The notes under the pieces: generated by a model
Database searches by the model: none
Told to the model about the DNA's origin: nothing
What the model saw: only the letters and a program-made list of their open reading frames with translations
Position numbers and translations under genes: made by a program
Shown: positions 47,247-60,915 of the stretch, in pieces
Layout of the letters: each line of letters begins with the position of its first letter
Position numbering within the stretch: position 1 is the first letter of the stretch
Assembly (NCBI RefSeq): GCF_000143415.4
Contig: NW_003314360.1
Coordinates: 1-64,000, forward strand
Direction: 5' to 3'
DNA: 64,000 bases
DNA from: Selaginella moellendorffii
Lineage: Eukaryota; Plantae; Lycopodiophyta

Positions 47247-50200
47247 TTAATGAATCTCACCTTGAACCTGGGTTATGAATGCTCTTGCTGCATCTCTTGC
47301 ATGGTCTGGCAAGGTGATGGTGGCACTCTGCTTCCGCATCCAACCATGCACAACATTATCCACCGATATGCTCATGCTGGGATCCCTTGGATTCAGCACC
47401 CATCTCTTTTCTAGGCAATCCTTCGTATATCCGGAACTTGGCTTGAACCACTCCACAGTTACATTGAAGGAGTTAGTTTCCGCGTCCTCCTCTGCATCAG
47501 TGATGCAGCGCCCCACCCATATCATTTGTTTTTTATTACTGGGTCTGACAAGCACGACCATTCCTTTGCAGACCTGTACTGGATTGAATGCTGAATCCGG
47601 CTTCTTGTTCCTCGGCCCACAATAGTGATCCTCAACATCGTTATCTGTCACTGCATTTCCAAAGGACATTGTTCCGCTACTATCTGGTGCTCTGGGTTCT
47701 GGCCGAAAGGACTCTTCCAATTCTTCATATACAACTGGCCCATTTTGGATAGCAGATATAATCTTCTCCCAGTATTCGAGCAAAGGCTTGCACCTCTGAA
47801 AATAGGATTCTCCACCAAACACCAACGCCCTCTTCCAAAAGGCAATATGCTGTCTAATCCCGGCCACTATACTTTCCTGGTCTTTGAGTCCATCCGGGTG
47901 CATCGGCTGTGGGGAACCCTGAGGAATCATAGGTTCCCCAGTTATGGGATCTCTCTTGAAGAGTTCAATGCCGTCCACTAGCAGCCACACTGTGTCCCAT
48001 TCTCTCATCTTGTACCTCATCACTGGAGCACCGTCACACATGCTGAAATGAAACTAAAGAGGCTTGGAGTGGCCAATCAGCGTTTCGGATCCGTCCCTGA
48101 TGTAGCCTCTTACAAACCCCTTAAAGTCTGGAACCTCTGTCAGAAGTGCAGCTTCAACAGTGCCTTTGATGCAATTTTGGAATTCATCGTAGAGTTGTGG
48201 GAGGGTGAGGACATTGGATCGCCGGAGGGACACTGCCAGGTGACTGAACATGGCATCGACGTCTTCATGAGTGTGCCCAACTATGAGAAAGCCAAGTGTA
48301 ACCGTTTCAAATATGCCTTTGGCAACAAGCATCGCCAAGTATGCGAAGACGTACATGTTTTTGTTCTCACTGCCAGCATTGTCTGTTTGGAGCAGAAGAT
48401 GGGGTGGAAGGCCACATCGGCCGCAAGAACTTCCTTGAGATTCTGCTTCGTTTGGATGAGGCTGTGCATTCACCGGGCGACCAGCCTCGTCGGAATGGCA
48501 TGAGGCCTCACGTGATAACCCTACAATCTGACGGCCAACATATTCACTGGGATGGCATGGGGCCCCACGCGATACTGCAAGCCTTTGCTCCTCCTCAAGC
48601 TGAACCCTGTATGGGGTTCGATCGACAAGGGCCTTATGCAAGGGTTGGCCGTTCAGCTCAGTCTGCGCACTTTGCAGAGACCTTAAGTGTTTTGCTAGGG
48701 ACGCAATCATCATGTTTGCACCCCCGCCACCCCATAGAGGTACAAAGAAGTTCCCATAGTTCTGGGCACCATGCCCATGAGCGATTATGCCAAACAGAGA
48801 CACAGGCAGCTGCATGGATGAAGAGATTGCCTTGGGGGCAGGATTGAGTCGAGGTAAGCACGTCTTTTTCTGGTCCATTTTGTCGTGGATGATGCAGAGG
48901 TAAGAGTCAGGTCTCTCCATGGAGAGAATCCTGTTATGATAATATGCAGTCCTGCAGCTTCTCTGCTCAATGTTGTGGTCGAGCCGCCTTCTAACCAACG
49001 TCTCTCGCTCTTGAGCGCTGCAAGAATTCTTCGACAAAGCCATTTTGATAGCAGTGCACTCGTCACACTTTGAAAAGCTGGAGTACTTTCCTATACTCAC
49101 ATCCTGAACCTGTTGCTCCACAATCTACTAAATCTAGATTGGCTCAGCTTCCTGTAGCCATTACTCTGGAGTTCCCGATTCACATCTTCCAATATGGCCC
49201 CCTTGGTATACATGGAAGGGAGAACTCGTTAGGTGTCTCGTGTTCCATCTTCCAAGAGGCGGGTTTTATGTGGTTGCTGCTCGCTACATGTCTCGACAAA
49301 CCTCTTGAAGATTGCCTCTCCATATACAACATGACCCCTGGTTTTGTGCGTACTGTCGTTCCCATGGACTGCCTGTTGAACCCTGTAAGCGACTAAATTT
49401 TCCATTCTACTTTAGTCACTTAACCACACCTCCGACCACTTGGAGGTGTCTCATTCACAACCTCCATAAGTCCAATCCAGGACTTGGGACTTGCTAGCCC
49501 CAAGAATGGCATCCATGCCACTCAACATTTGCACTTGGTCCAAGTGCTCCACGTGTCCGATCCCATGACCGACACTCAAAGGTACCACTGACATAGCAGC
49601 CCGTTACGCTAAGGCCATGCCCAATCACCTTTGCCACACTAGTAGTCCAATACCACTTGCATCACAGTCTTGGCTCTCCAAGACTAGGCAAACCATCCGT
49701 GAGTGGTCATCTCAGATCCACTCCTTAGCATCCTTAGGATGCCCACCGACAAGGGGAATAGCCTTCCCCAATATCCCTCTGTCAGTCCCCACTAAGTCCC
49801 TTTCTGCCCTTGGCCGTGTTTGCCAACACTGCCACTGGATCGAGACCCACAGGCCCAACCACTAAGTCCCACGGTCCTCTGGGACTTCCTCACCACACGA
49901 CTGTGTCCTTGGTCGCTACCCTAGAGGACTGCTCCTCTTCCTTTCCACAGTCTAGGCCTTTGGGACAACATTTCGGAACACTGTGGCCTTACGCGAGCCA
50001 CCTGGGTACTCTCCTCGCCTTCTGCCCTTGGGTGCTCTAGCCATGGGCTTAGAGCGAAGTTCCGTTGAGCCACGCCTGGTATCCAAGTAGGTAGTGCCAC
50101 CCACACTTGGACTGGGAGCATCGGCCAGTCGATCTCCCGGGGGAACTAGAGCCGGCTCTTGAACACTTCACCAAGCTACCCAGCTTGTCGGTCCGTATTC

Positions 50201-52856
50201 ACTCTAGTCTTGGACTTCCCAGTGGTCAGTTCATCACCCAACACTGGGTATGGCCTTCTTGGGCCTTCCTGGTCCTTCCTGGGCCAAACTGGCCCTTCCT
50301 AGCCAAACTGGCTCCATTGGGCTCCAACCCCCACACTCTCCCTACTATACTTTTGGAACCTCTCGCAGCCCCCCCCCCCCCCCTGGGGGACGATCACTTT
50401 GGGCTTTCACCCAACTGCCTGTATTAGTATTCGGACTCGGACTCGGGCTCGAACTCGGACTCGGACTCGGTCTCGGTCTTGGCTTCGGACTCGGTCTCGG
50501 TCTCGGTCTCGGGTCCATCTCGGACTCCATCTCGGACTCCATCTCGGGTCCATCTCGGACTCCATCTCAGGTCCATCTCGGACTCCATCTCGGGTCCATC
50601 TCGGACTCCATCTCGGACTCCATCTCGGGTCCATCTCGGACTCCATCTCAGGTCCATCTCGGACTCCACTTTGGGTCCATCTCGGACTCCATCTCGGACT
50701 CCATCTCGGACTCCATATCGGACTCCGTCTCGGTCCATCTCGGACTCCATCTCGGGTCCATCTCGGACTCCATCTCGGATCCATCTCGGGTCCACCTCGG
50801 ACAACATCTCAGACTCCATCTCGGGTCCATCTCGGACTCCATCTCAGACTCCATCTCGGGTCCATCTCGGACTCCATCTCGGACTCCATCTCGGGTCCCT
50901 CTCGGACTCCATCTCGGACTCCATCTCGGGTCCATCTCGGGTCCCATCTCGGGTCCATCTCGGGTCCATCTTAGACTCCATCTCAGACTCCATCTCGGAC
51001 TCCATCTCAGACTCCATCTCGGACTCCATCTCGGGTCCATCTCGGACTCCATCTCGGACTCCATCTCGGGTCCATCTCGGACTCCATCTCGGACTCCATC
51101 TCGGACTCCATATCGGACTCCGTCTCGGTCCATCTCGGACTCCATCTCGGGTCCATCTCGGTCTCCATCTCGGACTCCAACTCGGGTCCATCTTGGACTC
51201 CATCTCGAACTCCATCTTGGACTCCATCTCGAACTCCATCTTGGACTCCATCTCGGGTCCATCTCGGACTCCATCTCGGGTCCATCTCGGACTCCATCTC
51301 GGACTCCATCTCGGGTCCATCTTGGACTCCATCTCGGACTCCATCTCGGGTCCATCTCGGGTCCCATCTCGGGTCCATCTCGGGTCCATCTCAGACTCCA
51401 TCTCAGACTCCATCTCGGACTCCATCTCAGACTCCATCTCGGACTCCATCTCGGGTCCATCTCAGACTCCATCTCGGACTCCATCTCGGGTCCATCTCGG
51501 ACTCCATCTCGGACTCCATCTCGGACTCCATATCGGACTCCGTCTCGGTCCATCTCGGACTCCATCTCAGACTCCACCTCGGACTCGATCTCGGGTCCAT
51601 CTCGGGTCCACCTCGGACTCCACTTCGGACTCCAACTCGGACTCCACTTCGGACTCCACCTCGGACTCCATCTCGGGTCCTTCTCGGACACTACCATGTG
51701 TCATGTCTTGGTCCTTTTGGGTCCCTTTTTGGAGCCTTGCTTATTGCTCGTTTCGTGCTCATTCCTCGAGCCGTTCGTTAGGAGTTCCACTCCCGCTCTC
51801 GACCTTTCAAGGTGGAGCTTTTGGCCCAAACGTGTTACACTCGTTTGGCTTTCGCTTCGGCCACTACCACGTGGCACCCTTCCGGCTCCACTTTGGGGCC
51901 TAGGGATTTTGTGTCTCACAAACCCTTTGTTCCTCGAACTCAGTTTTGATTCTATAGAATGTGGTTTGAGGGACTCCATAAATGATTCTCCATGCCTTCA
52001 TGCAGACCAAACCCCTTTGGAAGACTATGCCCCCCACCTGATGTTCTGAAGCATCAACAGATGACTGTAATGCCTCATACACAAAATTGCGAGCTGCCTT
52101 CCAGGACAATGTCTTGTATCTTGCTCTCTCCTCTTCAATAGCATCCCAATCAGCATGTTGACAGCACCTCCTCTTGCAACAAGCAACTGTCGAGACCATT
52201 CGAACCTCCATCGCCATTTTCTGCCTTTTCGGTTCGTTGCTCAGATCCCTTTGGCTGCACTTTAGGAAGGTGTACTTTCTTTTCCCATGAAGAGATGTTC
52301 TGTCATCAGTTGTAGTGGTGTTTGATTGTGAATCCTTCACATTCTTAAACACTAAGTGCCTCAATTTCCACCGCACAATGCTTCCAATAGTCAGACTGTT
52401 TTCTTCTGTGTCAACAACCTCTAAAATCGCAACTCCAATATCATCCCAGCCCAATTCTTGATTAGCAACCGCATCTCTTGGATCGACAACTGTGGCTAAA
52501 CCCTCAGCTACCACCTCCCCCTCGGGGTTGTTTAGAAACACCTTCGTCTGAATCCATGTAGCACGGTTCTTAAGATCCACGGAGGGAACATGCATTGCAC
52601 TTGCGCTGTCCCCAACATCTGCTTTCTTCTGAAGATTTTTCAAGGCAACAACAACATTTACCCCGACGACCATCTCTCCTCATTCAATAGCGACCACATT
52701 CCCATCGAAGATAGTCTCTACTGATACAGCAGCATTGCCTTCCCCAAGCCTTTGACAGTGTATAACAAAGTTCCAATCCATAGACACAAGGGTCCCTTTT
52801 GCAACTCTCTTCCCACCATTCAAAATGTAAACCTTTTCCCCAACCCTGAAGGCCAT
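47247..52856 (-). mobile_element. Sola-like (DUF7869-type) DNA transposase pseudogene interrupted by a solo LTR
   Basis: One reconstructed frame from ATG 52856: two Tnp1/En-Spm-like beta repeats, CCKRRC..VC, [solo LTR], FSKCDEC, IIHDKMDQ, LQTDNAGSENKN, FLIVGHTHEDVDAMFS, then in-frame TAG 48054-48056 and a C-terminal WVGRC...VEWF domain. Confidence 0.7.
49384..51920 (-). mobile_element. Solo LTR (2537 bp) of the satellite-bearing family, with expanded ~1.26 kb satellite
   Basis: TGTAAGCG...TCTCACA, homologous to 28825-30594; perfect TSD AACCC; removing it rejoins the transposase frame (EEQRV|QQAVHGN). Confidence 0.95.
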
Positions 52857-53220
52857 TCTGAAAGTGTAGAAAAGAAGTTAACACCATACAAAAAATGATT
52901 GGAGAATGGCCTAAATCATAACATACCAAACAACCTCAATAGCATGAGGCCACATGCCATTATTCAAACATGCTATTAACACCCACGTGAAATTTCGCAT
53001 TCACAAAATTGGCATGAGGCCTTATGCCATCTTGATATACACACAGCTGCAGGCAAGTAAAAACATACATGACAATACACTAGCCATGAAATTGCAAGGG
53101 CCCAAGATGGCATGTGGCCTCATGCCATTTCTAAATGTGGTCCTAAGCCATTCCATGGTGAACATACCAGGAAGCACAAGTGCCGAATATCAAGAGGAAG
53201 CGGTAGCCACACCAAAGACA

Positions 53221-53292
53221 GTGCCGCTCGCAACACCGCAACTGCTTGTAGCGCCGCTCGCAACACCGCAACTGCTCGTAGCGCCACTCGCA
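53221..53292. repeat. 30-bp tandem repeat (about 2.4 copies) upstream of the Sola-like transposase
   Basis: GCCGCTCGCAACACCGCAACTGCT(T/C)GTAGC repeated. Confidence 0.8.
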
Positions 53293-54151
53293 CAAATTGC
53301 CACTCGCATAAACTGCCGCTCGCAATGGCGCTCGCAATGCCGCAACCGCTCGTAGATGCATATACCACAGCTCACAACGCCGCTTACACAAGCAGCGCTC
53401 ACTGCGCTCAGCAGAACCAAGAACACGGCGCACAAAAATGATAGACCTAGGAATGAGTTCAAGAATTCAAAAATAACACACGCTTGAACGTCATATCAAA
53501 TCCTCTGACAAACCAGATCTTATGACTCCTCTGACAAATTTCAAACTGAGTAGCTTCTAGACTTTGGTGTCGGAGGTTGAACTTTGTCACATCATGTCCT
53601 TGCCTCGATCCAGCTGTGCCATGTCAATGATTCGAACTTTGCCATGCCATGTCAGCGATCCGCGCCAAGATTATTCGCTGTGTAAAGGAATAATTATGCT
53701 GTGTGTGTACGTCCATTTATGGCAATATAAGGCCACACGCCATTCAAAGAATAATGCTAGTCGAGCATTTTTTGGTGCATTTTTGGGTTCAAAATTGCAT
53801 GAGCCCACACGCTATAAAGTTTACCTGTACCAAAAATAGAAACAGCTTTATTTACTTGGGAATTTAAGTGGTTGAGTCATTTTTAAACTTACAAACACAT
53901 GCCCTACTTACATTCCTTTGGTTGCTTAAAATTCAAAAATATTATAAACCTTTCTTTTTGCATTTTCAATGTTTTCAATTATGGTTTTTGATTTTCGCAA
54001 GACCAGCCTAGTAATCTATTTGCATCCCGTCATGTTTATAGCTAGCTTTCGTTTGTCCCTTTCGCTAGCCTGAGATACATCTACTCGGCATCTGCCTCTT
54101 ACAGCATTTGCCCAGAAAGGGCATCTTTCTTCACGCAGCATTTGCCACATA

Positions 54152-54177
54152 TTTAGGGTTTAGGGTTTAGGGTTTAG
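54152..54177 (+). repeat. Short interstitial plant telomeric repeat (TTTAGGG)3 + TTTAG
   Basis: Direct reading. Confidence 0.9.
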
Positions 54178-54849
54178 CAATTCAGTAGCTTGATAAACAT
54201 GCAAATACAGAACTTGATGCAAAATCCTTTGATATGTCACAATGCCCCTAGGACCATAAACACATTTCAATAGAGAGGGTCCTTTCATTTCATAACTCCT
54301 TACGTAGATCTTGGTGAAACCAGAGTTAGTGAATTATTAAATGATATCCCAATCATGATCTTTCTTTTGGATTTCGCGTGCATGCAGTCCGAGGAATGAT
54401 GACGTTGCGGATTTCTTTTGGATTTTGCGTGTTTGCATGCGCACGGCAATCCAGAAATTAATGGTGGCGCCCAAGTCCGAGGAATGATGACGTGGCGGGA
54501 TTACCAACCGTTGTGACATTTCGCGCGTGTGAGGTTAGGTTTTGCATTTTGCTTCGTACTCGCGCTCGCGCTCGCATCACACTCGCACTCGTAATCATTA
54601 CAGGTTACAGGTCCCAGTTACTGGTTACTAGTTACTGGCTACTCCAGTGGTTACTCAAGCAGCTAATCCGGTGCTTACTCTATGGGTTGATAGTTATGTG
54701 TGCTTGAGGCCTACATCTCCATTTTCACCCTTATTCCTTTTCATCACAGGCATTTCGGGCAACTTTGAGCAACTTGAGCACTAGCCTACAGTCTTCTTGC
54801 TCCTGTCAACCCAGTTGCCTTGATCGGGCATTTGTAGTGTTTAGGGTAT

Positions 54850-57800
54850 TTGATGTCGGTCCAAACTAGACGTGCAACAAATTGGCACTCTTTTACCATA
54901 CCTCCAGGCCCTAAGGTATGGAGTAAACTTTCTCACATCCAAATGCAGTTTAGGTACGACACTGCACCTTCTCAGGCCGAGTCCTCTTCATCCTTGATAG
55001 AATCTAGTGACTTCGATCTATGAGCTATGGTGCAGCCACCTTTAGCTCGACCTCAGCTCCATGTTCTGCAGAAGGGGAGTGATCTGCCAACCTTCTCAGG
55101 TGTTGGAATAGTCTCTCCAACATTGCATATTAGTCACTTTGATTACTATTGTACCACAAACATGATCGTCAACGATGATTGTATGTGCCGTGACTTCTTG
55201 CAGTCTCTTGAAGGCAAAGCAGCAACTTGGGCAAATTCTCTCCTCCTAGAGGACCAGAAAGACTTCTAGACACTACTTGCTTCTTTCAAACAATGTTTTG
55301 TTGAAGAATGTTTCGTTCAGCTACTGGTTGACCTCTTTTCATTCTGGCAGGGTGCTCACGAGTCTGTTCCTGACTACATCACCCAGTTTTGAGCATACTG
55401 GAAGCAATGTTGGGATTTTAGAGTAGTCCAAGATGAACAATAGGGGATCACGGCATTCACAACGGGTCTGCATGGGAACTTGTAGCAGAAACTTCTCAAA
55501 AAGACATTCAAGTCTTGTTGTGAGGTATTTTTGTTTGCCACGAAGCTGGAAAGAGAACTTCTTGTCGACTTAGGGATCACTAGAGTTGATTTCAACTAAA
55601 CCATCACCCCGTCAAAGTCACCTTGTGCAGCTATTCACCTGTCCACACCAAAGCCCATCGCTATCAAAAACTAAGAACTTCACGAACAAGATGCGGCAAT
55701 TGAAAGAGATCATTCTTTAGTAGCAATCACACCATGACAAACTGCTCCAGTAGCTGGTGGAGTCTAGAAAAGAGGCCGCTACAGCTCGGGAATGTAGATT
55801 TAAGTCCCATTGGTGCACTCACTGCAAGACAAACACACACAACACACAGCACTGCTTCAAGCTTCACCTAGAGCTTCGGCCTCCATCTTCTCAACGTGTC
55901 CAACAACATCCCTTCGCTAATAATTCCACATCATCTCTGGGTTCAAGGACATATCAGGAGCAGTTGGAGTGAAAAACAATTGAGGCAGCCCCTTCGTCAA
56001 GCAAAGGCAAGGCACCAGCCTTATTGGTCAACACAATTTTGGTAGCCAAGGAACTCTATAGGCAATAGCAGCAAACCGTAGCCATTCGAGCCCAAGTGAA
56101 GAAGAAGGTAGCTGCTCAGCTTGCCATAGATCCCTTGGCGTCGGTTGAGAGTGAATCTTTGTGGGCACCAGATCTAGTGACACAAAGGGTGGTTTGTAAG
56201 CTCCCCTTCAAGTCACTACTCTCTTCTCCTCCTGAGATCTCACCAACATCTATTCCTATTCTAGAGCCAGTTCTTCAATAGCTAGTTGACACTCCTATCA
56301 CCTTTTCGCTACAAGATATGTTGTGTCTTGTCCCGGGATTCGGCCAGCGTTTAGAGGAGTTTGCACGGTCAGGAACACTAGAGAGCACTCTCAAGAGGAC
56401 TCTTCAAGAGGTGCACATTGTCGACATGACAAGATATGGTGGAGATCCTGGTCCATTCTTTTTCCTGGTGCAGATTGGTAGTTCCTCTTGTAGGATGGAT
56501 GCTTTGGTTGACTCTGGTTCTGGAAGCAACATTATCTCTCTCAAAGTTACCCTTTCAATACAGCTACAGATTATTGAGAGCTCCCCCATCGTGCTCAAGA
56601 CCATCACCGACCACACTGTTCCTCTAGCGGGCATTTGCTGTGGTGTCAAGGTCTTTGTGCAAGGTGTTATTTTTGAGGTGGATTTCCTCATGGTTGACTA
56701 CCAACATCTTGGAATGTCCTCTTTGAAGGACTCTATCATCCTTGGCTGCTCATGGCAAGTCACAGCCCATTGCACCATTGACAGTGCACAAGGCAAGATG
56801 GAAATTAGTGATGGAACCCATAGCGCCACCTTTCTCAACAACCACAACAGAGCTCTTTCTTAGCAAGCCCATCAAGCTCAGACTAAGATGGCCTTCACAC
56901 CACACTTCCCTCTTGAGCTCATAGAGGTTTTTCCTGAGTTGGCGGTGGAGTCAACTATCTATATGATGGATGCTTCTCATGCAATGCAATTGACATGGTT
57001 GAAGTTGAGTCAGATAGCTCGAGACATCTCTCAGCTTCACTCTCTTTATTTGAGAGTAAGGCCGAGCCCTCTTTATTTGATGGTGGGGCTTATAGGGTAT
57101 GGGCTCCCATATCCAGCTTTTCGGAGTGTTTCTTGATAGAGGAAGGGCTTCTTGATTCATTTATTGCATGGGACCAACTCTCTCTTATGGAGCTTGATGA
57201 CACAATCACTTCAGACCAAGTCCATCTTTCATAGGACACAGCCAAACTCAATCCTCCTCAGCAACTATCTGAGGTGTCACACAGCCAGCATGTTCCTACT
57301 AAAATTACAATAGCTGACAACTCCGAGTGTATTTTGTCATGCCATTTTCTGGATACAAAGGATGACATCTGGACCCACAACAAGTAGAAAGAATCAAGCC
57401 AATCGGACGTGCCACATGCAAGTTATAGCTCTTTGAGTTCAAAATTTCCTACCATGGAGCCCCCAGTACTCCAACCACTACAACGACAACTTCCTTTCGA
57501 CATTTACATCACAACAGGTACAGAGGCTTTTAGAGTATGCCTTTGCCAACGTTCACAGCCTGGCAAGCCAGCACATGCAATGTACTATGCCTCACATTCA
57601 TTCAAGGAGACTAAGAAGAAGTACGTGAATGCGGGAAAAGAAGTAGTGGCTGTTGTTTATACCTTGGAGTGATTTCATCACTTTCTCACTAGAGCCTGTA
57701 TCCATTTCCATATCTATTTTAATGTGCTAACCTTTTTTTTACAGCGACCAGTTCACAATCCTCGTACTTTATTTTGGATTTTGACCATCCAAGAGTTCCA

Positions 57801-60180
57801 ACCAACGTTTCACATGCAGCAGAAGTGTGTGATGGATCTGAGGCGCTGGCACGAGCACTTGGTTATGGCGTTGTGGGCCTTTCAGATGTCCTTCAAGACA
57901 TCCATCTCCACAACCAGATTCTCCCTTGTCTATGGGACAGAGACCATGCTTCTAGTGGAGATCCAAGTGCCATCACTCTCACTTTCACTTCGATACGCAG
58001 CAGCGATGCAATTTAGTGATGAGGACAAGCTTCATGTACGTGACTTGAAGGTTCTTGCCTTGGAAGAATAGCGACAATCCATAACTGAATGCTCCACCAT
58101 ATCACTCCATCTTTCATCATTTCTACACTTACCACCCTTGGGCAATGCATCCCCTCTTCTACCTCTCTTTCTTTCTAAAATTCAGCAAATCCTTGGAGCA
58201 TACCTGAAGCCATCATGAGGCTGCATTTGCATATTACACTTCCCTGAGCTGAAATCTAGTTACAGGTTAAGTGTAAGCGACTAATTTTTCCATTTTACTT
58301 TAGTCACTTAACCGCACCTTTGACCACTTGGAGGAGTCTCATTCACAACCTCCATAAGTCCCAGTTAGGACTTGGGGCTTGCTAGCCCCGAGAATGGCAT
58401 CCATACCACTCCACCTTTGCACTTGGTCCAAGTGCTCCACGTGTCCGATCCCATGACCGGCACTCCAAGGTACCACCAACATACCAGCCCGTTACGCTAG
58501 GCCATGCCCTTTCACCTTAGTCACATCGGTGGTCCAACACCACCTACATTGTTCTCCAAAACTGGGCCATCTATCCATGAGTGGTCATCCCAGATCCACT
58601 CCTTAGCATCCTTAGGATGCCCGCAGACATGGGGAATAGCCTTCCCTAATATCCCCTTTCAGTCCTCACAAAGTCCCTTTCTGTCTATGGCCGTGTTCGC
58701 CAACACTGCCACTAGATCAAGGCCCGCAAGCCCAACCTCTAAGTCCCTCTATCCTTTGGGACTTCCTCACCATGTGACCGTATCCTTGGTCACTGCACTA
58801 GAGGACTGCTCCTCTTCCCTTTCACCGTTTGGGACTTTGGGACAACATTTCGGAACATCGTGGCCTTACGCAAGCCTCATGGGTACTCCCCCCACCTCTC
58901 GCCTTTTGGTGCTCTAGGCATGGGCTTAGAGCGAGGTTCCATTGAGCCACACCAGGTATCCAAATAGGTAGTACCACCCACGCTTGGACTGGGAGCATCG
59001 GCCAGTTGATCTCCCGAGGGAACTAGAGCTGGCTCTTGAACACTTCACCAAGCTACCCCATTTGTCGGCCTGTGTTCACTCTAGTCATGGACTTCCCAGT
59101 GGGCAGCTCATCACCCAACACTGGGTACAACCTTCCTGGGCCAAAGTGGCCTTTCCTGGCCAAACTGGCTCCACTGCAGTCCTCCCCCTACTATACTTTT
59201 GGAGCTCACCAAACCCCCCAGGGTCTGGGAGACGAACGCTTTGGGCTTTCACCCTCTCAGACTCGAACTCGGACTCGGACTCGGGCTTGGGCTCGGTCTC
59301 GGCCTCGGCCTTGGTCTCGGTCTTGGTCCCGGTCTCAGACTCCATCTTGGGTCCATCTCGGACTCCATGTCGGACTCCATCTCGGGTCCATCTCGGGTCC
59401 ACCTCAGACTCCATCTCGGACTCCATCTCGGGTCCATCTCGGAATCCATCTCGGGTCCGTCTCGGACTCAATCTCGGATCCATCTCGGACTCCATCTCGG
59501 GTCCACCTCGGACTCCACCTCGGACTCCATCTCGGGGTCCTTCTCGGACTCCACTTCGGACTCCATCTCGGGGTCCTTCTCAGACTCCACTTCGGACTCC
59601 AACTCAGGTCCATCTCAGACTCCACTTCGGACTCCAACTCGGGTCCATCTCGGACACTTCCATGTGTCATATGTTGGTCTTTTTGGGTCCCTTTTTGGAG
59701 CCTCGCTTATTGCTCGCTTCGTGCTCGTTCCTCGAGCACTTTGTTGGGAGTTCCACTCCCGCTCTCGACCTTTTAAGTTGGGGCTTTTAGTCCAAACGTG
59801 TTATGCTCGTTTGGTTTTCGCTTTGGCCACCACCACATGGCACCCTTCCGGCTCCACTTTGGGGCCTAGAGATTTTGTGTCTCACATTAAGTTCTTTGGG
59901 TACTCATTTTTTTTTCCTCTATTTTTCTCCTCTTTTCACACTTTCTTCTACACTTTTCTTTAACTTCAGAGTCTAATTTGACTATAGGGTTTCCCACCAG
60001 GTTTTCTGACTTGTCTTCAAACGGGTTCTCACACATTTGGAGCCAGTGCGATCCACTGTGGTCGCATGTTAGGGTGTGGTCATGGAGAGAGTGTGAGAGA
60101 GAGAGGGAATGTTCTGGTCCTTAGAATATTCCCTATCTTCCTTGTATAAAACCCTTGCCCCTCAAGGGCAAGGGGGGAAT
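54850..60180 (+). mobile_element. Degenerate, internally deleted non-chromovirus Ty3/gypsy (gag, protease, partial RNase H/integrase, PPT, LTR start)
   Basis: PTFSG..FLQSLEGKAATW, WCTHCKTNTHNTQHC, ALVDSGSGSNII and RWHEHLVMALWAF; 57460-60180 paralogous to 36560-45025; PPT GAGAGAGAGAGGGAA then TGTT at 60110. Confidence 0.8.
58272..59886 (-). mobile_element. Solo LTR (1615 bp) of the satellite-bearing family
   Basis: TGTAAGCG...TCTCACA; perfect TSD TTAAG; empty site visible in the paralog at 44621-44625. Confidence 0.95.
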
Positions 60181-60915
60181 TTTGTGGTGAGTATTGAAAC
60201 ATTTCTCATGTTTGAGCGAGCGTTAGAGGAGGTCCCCCAACAATGGTAGCAATGTCTCCAAGATTAATGCCTATGCTTAGTGGCAAACTCTACAACTCTT
60301 TGTTCTGCGTTTATGATGTGAAGCTTCTCAACTACTTTGTTTGGTAAAAGCTCAATTAGCATATGGGGTGATTTGTGCATTCCAAACGTATGCAAAAATT
60401 GAGCTATAACTTTTATTAGAGTAGTTGTGTAATTTTACTTATGTAGAAAATATTCATTAGGTGGAAATTTTTTCCTGTGAAGAGATACATACACTTATGG
60501 ATCATGTATCACAAAGGGTGGTTCATGCCTTGCAAAGGGTGTTTCACACTTAGAGTAGTAAATATTTCCCTTAGCAATAGTGTCGCTCAACTAATTTGAA
60601 GAACAAATTTTCACATTTATTCACTTGCATATTTGCTCTTTGTCTAAGCTTTACTTTAGGGGATATAGAGTGCATTTTATGTGATTGCCTTTGATTCCTC
60701 CTTATAGGGTTAGATGTGATGTGAGTGCTCTCAAAATCTATAGAAGAGTGACACCTTTCACACTTAGCAGTGTTTATAATTTCTTTATATATAATATATG
60801 AGTCTTAATTAATTCACCTAAGTGTACTAGGTGTAGAGTGGTTTGAATGATTAGAGTGGTTTATGATAATTGCTTCCGAATTTTCAACTTCTGAGTTTTG
60901 TTCAAGTCTCATAGG

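Noticed and set aside
50430-51690. Possible CRISPR array
   Set aside because: Contiguous 11/12-bp tandem units with no unique spacers, no cas genes, eukaryotic context
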